A stretch of DNA of 64,000 nucleotides, taken from positions 1,412-65,411 of the forward strand of contig CAZLSU010000001.1 in NCBI GenBank assembly GCA_964562225.1, in the 5' to 3' direction. Below the pieces are notes generated by a model that made no database searches, was not told the DNA's origin, and saw only the letters and a program-made list of their open reading frames with translations. Positions 59,577-64,000 of this stretch are shown here, in pieces. Source of the DNA: an uncultured Sphingobium sp. GTDB taxonomy: Bacteria; Pseudomonadota; Alphaproteobacteria; Sphingomonadales; Sphingomonadaceae. The translations under genes and the position numbers were made by a program. Numbering within the stretch: the first letter of the stretch is position 1; every line of letters begins with the position of its first letter.

Positions 59577-59999
59577 GCCACCCGATTCTGTAGGTGGCAT
59601 CCGGCGCGGCATTGGCCGCCGGTACAGGTGAGGCGCTACCTGCGATTGCAGATAGTCGCCCACAACGCCACAACTTGTGGTATTCTGAAAAGTACGGGTT
59701 GAGAGCAGGCGCAAGCCATGGACGGACTGACCGTCCGTCCGCTTGGCAAGGGGTGTTTCACCCCCGTTGCATCCCCCGACCATAGGAGCCTTCGTGCTCC
59801 CTTGGAACCCATGACCAAGGCGCTTCGCCCTTGGAGCCAGACGAGAGGCTATCGCGCCCCTCGACCCACTCGCCGGAGACTATCGCGTCCCGGCACCCAC
59901 GACCAGAGCTTGCGCGCTCTGGACGACGCGCAGGCGGCTTTCATGCCCCTGCACCCTGACGAGGGGATACCCCTCGACCCGCCGCCGGATGTGTCCGGC
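59577..59999 (+). repeat. Tandem hairpin array in the virD4-mobC intergenic (probable oriT/leader) region
   Basis: About 15 consecutive inverted repeats; eight periodic units at 59771-59999 with ACCC-type linkers (see findings). Confidence 0.75.
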
Positions 60000-60014
60000 T
60001 GAAAGGAGGTGCGC

Positions 60015-60182
60015 TTGACCGATACCCGCCGTTCGCCCGACAGGTGCGAAATCACGCAGGCGGATGACGCGTTGGCCTCGGCTCGCGTCATGGCCTTCGC
60101 CGCCGGATACGGCGATCACGTCGCCATGTTCATCATCGCCCGCGCGCGGCGACGCGGTGTCATGCCGGAGGGGACCGCATGA
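60015..60182 (+). CDS. Small protein (55 aa) heading the mob operon
   Basis: Strong RBS AAAGGAGGT, TTG start, MTDTRRSPDRCEITQADDALASARVMAFAAGYGDHVAMFIIARARRRGVMPEGTA; ATGA overlap with mobC. Confidence 0.55.
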   Translation: MTDTRRSPDRCEITQADDALASARVMAFAAGYGDHVAMFIIARARRRGVMPEGTA

Positions 60183-60637
60183 CGGACGATGCGCCGAAAC
60201 GCTCCAAATCCGAGAAACGGCAGCGCACCGAATCCATCTACGCCCGCGTCACGCCCGCCGAGAAAGCGGCCTTTCTCGCCCGTGCCGACAAGTCTGGCAT
60301 GGCCACCGCCGCCTTCGCCAGAGCGGCGCTGATCGGCGACGCCGGTCCCCGCGCCCAGCGGCGCATTCCTGCCGACGCTGCTGCACTGCGTCAGGTGCTC
60401 GGGCATCTCGGCAAGACCGGCGGCAATCTCAACCAGATTGCCCGCTACCTGCATACGGGCGGCGACACGCACACCGTTCTGCCGGACATACAGGAAGCGC
60501 TTGCCGATCTCGCCCGCATACGCGGCCTGATCTACGATGCACTCGGCAAGGAGCCGGACGGCGCAGCGCCCGTGACCCCATCGACCCCGACCGTGCCGCC
60601 TCCGGCATCCAGATACATCCCGCCACCCGGAACATAG
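60179..60637 (+). CDS. mobC: Relaxosome accessory protein MobC
   Basis: RHH IYARVTPAEKA...AAFARAA and LGKTGGNLNQIAR signature. Confidence 0.9.
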   Translation: MTDDAPKRSKSEKRQRTESIYARVTPAEKAAFLARADKSGMATAAFARAALIGDAGPRAQRRIPADAAALRQVLGHLGKTGGNLNQIARYLHTGGDTHTVLPDIQEALADLARIRGLIYDALGKEPDGAAPVTPSTPTVPPPASRYIPPPGT

Positions 60638-60645
60638 GCGGCGGC

Positions 60646-62088
60646 ATGATTATCAAAGGGGGATCACGCGGCGGGCCTCGACAACTGGCCACCCATCTGG
60701 GGCGCACCGATACCAATGACCGCGTTGACGTGCTGGAAAACGACTCCCCCTACGACCTTCACGCGACCTTCCGCGATTTTCAGGTCTTGTCCGAAGCGAC
60801 GCGGGGCGAATACGGGCTGTATCACGCCAGCATCGACCCGGACGCCCGCTATGACATGACCATGGCGCAATGGCTGCGCAGTGTGGATATTCTGGAAGAA
60901 GAGCTGGGCCTGAAAGGCCAGCCCCGCGCCGTGGTGCTGCACGAGAAGAAGGGCCGGGAGCATATTCACGTTGTCTGGCAGCGCACCGACCTCGACACCA
61001 TGACGCTGCGCGATGACGGGCACAATTATCTGGCCCACGAACGCGCCAGCCTGCGGATGGAACGCGAGTTCGGGCATGAACACATCCCCGGCAAACACGC
61101 CAAGCGCGACCGCGAGAACCAGCCGGAATTTCCCCGCGCAGGCGTGAGCCATGCCGAGCACCAGCAGGCCGAGCGCAGCGGCGTTTCAGTCGCAGAGCGC
61201 CGAGCGCAGATTGCCGCCCTCAAGGAAGCCAGCGACAACGGCGCATCTTTCAAGGCCGCCTTGGAGGAAGCGGGCTTTGTATTGGCGCAGGGCGACAAGC
61301 GCGACTTCGTGCTGATCGGCCCCGAGGGCAGCACCTACAGCCTGGGCCGCGTCCTCAAGATGAAAGCCGCCGACGCGCGCGCCTTTATGGCGGACGTGGA
61401 CCGCGCCGCGCTTCCCACCGCCAGCGAGGCCAAGAAACAGCAAGCCGCCTGTGCCGCTATGTCGGCACCGCCATCCTTCGAGATGCGGGCTCCGCCGATC
61501 GACGATCTGACACCCGCGCCCGATGCACGGCCATCGGATCTCGACCCCGCCGTGACGCGGGCGCTGGCCGAGCGGCAGGAGGCCGAACGGCACAAGCTGT
61601 CCGTCTGGCATCATGCCGAGCTGCAAAAGCTCGACCATGTGCAGAGTTTAGAAATCACCGAAAAGCTCGCGCATCAAACCGCCCTGCACACGGCGGAGCA
61701 TGACCGCCTGACGCGCGCACACCGCGCGGCGGCCAGCGGCATCGAGGGCTTTATCGAGGCGCTGCAAAACCGCCTGAAACCGGGGCGCGGTGCCGAGAAG
61801 CTATCGGCGCGCAAGAAGGAATGGCGGCAGCTTTATGCCCGTCAGGTGCGCGAGAAGGCCGACATGGAAGTGCTTTTGGCGCAGAACAAGGCCGACGACA
61901 TCGAGGCGCTGAAGGAGCGCCACGCCCAGCAGAGCCGTGAACAGGCGGCGGCATTCGAGGAAGAGAAGCGCCGCTATGCCGAAGACGCGGCGCTGGCCGA
62001 CCGCCTGCTACAGCGTATCGAGGACGACCGGCGCGAACAGGAACGGCGACGCGCCGAGGGGCAAGCGCCCCCAGGCAGGGGAAAGTAA
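60646..62088 (+). CDS. MOBP/VirD2-like relaxase with coiled-coil C-terminus
   Basis: MIIKGGSRGG...LYHASIDP...VVLHEKKGREHIHVVW (HUH); true start is ATG 60646. Confidence 0.88.
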   Translation: MIIKGGSRGGPRQLATHLGRTDTNDRVDVLENDSPYDLHATFRDFQVLSEATRGEYGLYHASIDPDARYDMTMAQWLRSVDILEEELGLKGQPRAVVLHEKKGREHIHVVWQRTDLDTMTLRDDGHNYLAHERASLRMEREFGHEHIPGKHAKRDRENQPEFPRAGVSHAEHQQAERSGVSVAERRAQIAALKEASDNGASFKAALEEAGFVLAQGDKRDFVLIGPEGSTYSLGRVLKMKAADARAFMADVDRAALPTASEAKKQQAACAAMSAPPSFEMRAPPIDDLTPAPDARPSDLDPAVTRALAERQEAERHKLSVWHHAELQKLDHVQSLEITEKLAHQTALHTAEHDRLTRAHRAAASGIEGFIEALQNRLKPGRGAEKLSARKKEWRQLYARQVREKADMEVLLAQNKADDIEALKERHAQQSREQAAAFEEEKRRYAEDAALADRLLQRIEDDRREQERRRAEGQAPPGRGK

Positions 62089-62629
62089 TCGGCTCGCGTT
62101 TCTTGCAACCAGAACCGGGCCGATCAGAACAACAGGTTGCCACAGATCAAGAGCAGGCGGGCGACGGCTTCGGTGTGCCGCCCGACATGACCCCCGGATT
62201 CATGCCGACAATCCGGCGTATCGTCTCGCGCTTCTTGTCGCCGCGCAAGAAGCGCGTGGCGCGCAACCGTCGTGCGCGTGGCTGGCGCGCCTTGCTCGCC
62301 CGCTTCAAATTCCAGTCGAAGTTCCTGACACCGCCGCGACCGCCAAGTGCGCCGTCATTGAAGCCGTCCAACACCGTGCCACCCAAACCACCGCGCCCCT
62401 TGGGCGCGCGCTTCAATCGTCCTGCGAGTCCGAAGATGTAGCCTCAAAGGTCTACACATGCAGCCACCTGCATACTATTGTATGAGAATTCAATAATATT
62501 GAAAACCAAAAGATAAACGGTACCTATAAATGCATGTTATGTCTTATAGACAAACGCTTTTTCTTGCATGAAATGCAACCCATATGCGACCATCACCAGT
62601 ACAATAAACACCTAGTCGGGGTCATAGTA

Positions 62630-63310
62630 ATGAAATGTAGTATTCGCTTCCTTATCTTCGCGGCGATTCTTTCTGTTTCAGTCATGAGTGCGGACGCGGC
62701 AACCGCTCAAACACCAAGCTCTCCGACATTCCAACGCAAAATGCCTAAGTCCGTTAAAATTACGACGGATGAGAAATGTAATGTTGAGGTGGAATATCGG
62801 GCATATGGAGAATACGGCCCCTATAGAACCGCGCAAAATAGCGGAGTTAAGAGAATTGTCGCGGTGTTTGACGTGAGTTATTTAAACCTACCTGAAAATG
62901 AATTGCCCGAGTCATTAAATAAAGACCAGATTAAAGCCGAAATGCTAAATAAACTGAAAGAAAGGTATCTACCTTTTATTACTCCGACAAGAAATGGCTG
63001 CCATAAGCCCGAGGTCATTATCCAATCTCTGCCCATACCCGACGATGTTATGAACAAAATACGTAGAGAAGATACCGTGACCGTAATTTTTCGTACCAGA
63101 ACTTATTTGGGAACGGAGAAGCCAGTAATTACGATGTATATGAAATATTTCAGGCCTGGAATGTCTGTAGATGAGGCGTGGAAATATGATTTTTACTGGT
63201 CACAGGTAATGTCTTTCTCGCTGTCGGAGGACCAAAGTGAAATCGCCAGAAAGGTATCTACCTTCATTGCTAGGGGAATGATGGGGAGACTATGGGCCAC
63301 CGCAGATTGA
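62630..63310 (+). CDS. Secreted hypothetical protein, low GC
   Basis: Signal peptide MKCSIRFLIFAAILSVSVMSADA; AT-rich codon usage unlike the flank. Confidence 0.7.
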   Translation: MKCSIRFLIFAAILSVSVMSADAATAQTPSSPTFQRKMPKSVKITTDEKCNVEVEYRAYGEYGPYRTAQNSGVKRIVAVFDVSYLNLPENELPESLNKDQIKAEMLNKLKERYLPFITPTRNGCHKPEVIIQSLPIPDDVMNKIRREDTVTVIFRTRTYLGTEKPVITMYMKYFRPGMSVDEAWKYDFYWSQVMSFSLSEDQSEIARKVSTFIARGMMGRLWATAD

Positions 63311-63329
63311 CGTGCAAGGAGTATAGAAG

Positions 63330-64000
63330 ATGAATTACCAAGATATTTTAAGATACTACAATTTTACATCGTCTGATTACCTTCCAAATACCTATATAGT
63401 TCCCGATGGGAACGGAGTTTATTCTATATCCTATACATTTCTAAACCCAACAAATCTGTTAACAACCGATAGTGGCATCAACACGAACTACTATTTATCG
63501 GTCCCGGAAGCTCAAGTTTCAAGCCTACCCTCGGAAGTGTCTCCTGAACTTCAGACGGCAATAAAAACTATATTGAAGCACTCATCCATAACGGTCGATC
63601 AATACTCCGTTTATTTTGGTGATGTTGCAAATATTACATTTGATAAGTTGGATACTGGCGGGGACATAGCTATAGGAAACGGCAACAATGATTTCTTTAC
63701 CGAAGGGCAGCATGTATCATTCGGCGTTCCAGCGAGTGCGCTCAGCTACCCAATCAACAACGTCCCGCAAATCGAGGCGCTGTACGGGGATGTCTGGATA
63801 AATTCAGATCGTACCGATAGAAATTGGGATGACGCATCGAAAGGTAGCGTCGCTTTTTATATTTTGCTGCATGAGATTGGTCATTCATTAGGTCTTGTCC
63901 ATCCGACGACACTTAATGATCCGCTCTATACGGTCATGAGCTATAATCCCTACGCGGGAATGGGAGAAGAACTCTATGTATCCGGGTTGCAGATGGCGGA
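63330..64000 (+). CDS. M10 (serralysin/matrixin-like) zinc metalloprotease, N-terminal part; runs off the window edge
   Basis: Not in the ORF track. Manual translation from ATG 63330 (AAGGAG RBS) is open to the end: FGDVANITF...GDVWIN...LLHEIGHSLGLVHP...YTVMSY...LQMA (HExxHxxGxxH plus Met-turn). Confidence 0.85.
   Translation, partial: MNYQDILRYYNFTSSDYLPNTYIVPDGNGVYSISYTFLNPTNLLTTDSGINTNYYLSVPEAQVSSLPSEVSPELQTAIKTILKHSSITVDQYSVYFGDVANITFDKLDTGGDIAIGNGNNDFFTEGQHVSFGVPASALSYPINNVPQIEALYGDVWINSDRTDRNWDDASKGSVAFYILLHEIGHSLGLVHPTTLNDPLYTVMSYNPYAGMGEELYVSGLQMA

Noticed and set aside
59771-59999. CRISPR array interpretation of the periodic hairpins
   Set aside because: Units are degenerate, linkers are only 6-9 nt, there are no unique 30-40 nt spacers, and no cas genes are in the window.
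62103-62441. 112-aa ORF after the relaxase
   Set aside because: Pro/Arg-rich with a weak start. It may be a real small gene or a frameshifted relaxase tail, but neither can be supported.

Overview
GC-rich alphaproteobacterial accessory DNA, most likely Sphingomonadaceae (inferred from gene content, not a search). It is a mosaic of five blocks. (1) 1-12.3 kb: anti-phage defence island with a type I Zorya operon (zorABCD, minus strand, zorD cut by the window edge) back-to-back with a Shango-type operon (TerB-domain protein, DUF2791-like ATPase, Lhr-like helicase). (2) 12.5-14.5 kb: MucR, AraC and ECF-sigma regulators. (3) 15-46 kb: ion/stress homeostasis island with copA-cueR, a sul1-like RNA upstream of SulP, NfeD-SPFH, Usp, a deleted ppsA, a complete Mrp/Pha antiporter, K+ channel, P2-type ATPase, Ca/Na exchanger, ldhA-lctP, SLC13 permease, and arsR-arsC-acr3 divergent from alkaline phosphatase plus an ArsO-like monooxygenase. 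(4) 46.5-53.1 kb: truncated prophage early arm (integrase, small ORFs, SSB, Sak4-like ATPase, RecE-like nuclease). (5) 53.1-64 kb: mobilizable-element block (Doc TA, VirD4-like coupling protein with a signal-peptide-like N-terminus, MobC, MOBP relaxase, low-GC secreted protein and M10 metalloprotease). The most striking unexplained signal is a ~420-bp chain of about 15 back-to-back hairpins between virD4 and mobC, with an ~30-nt periodic core whose stems differ in sequence but keep their pairing. No rRNA, tRNA or CRISPR array was seen.
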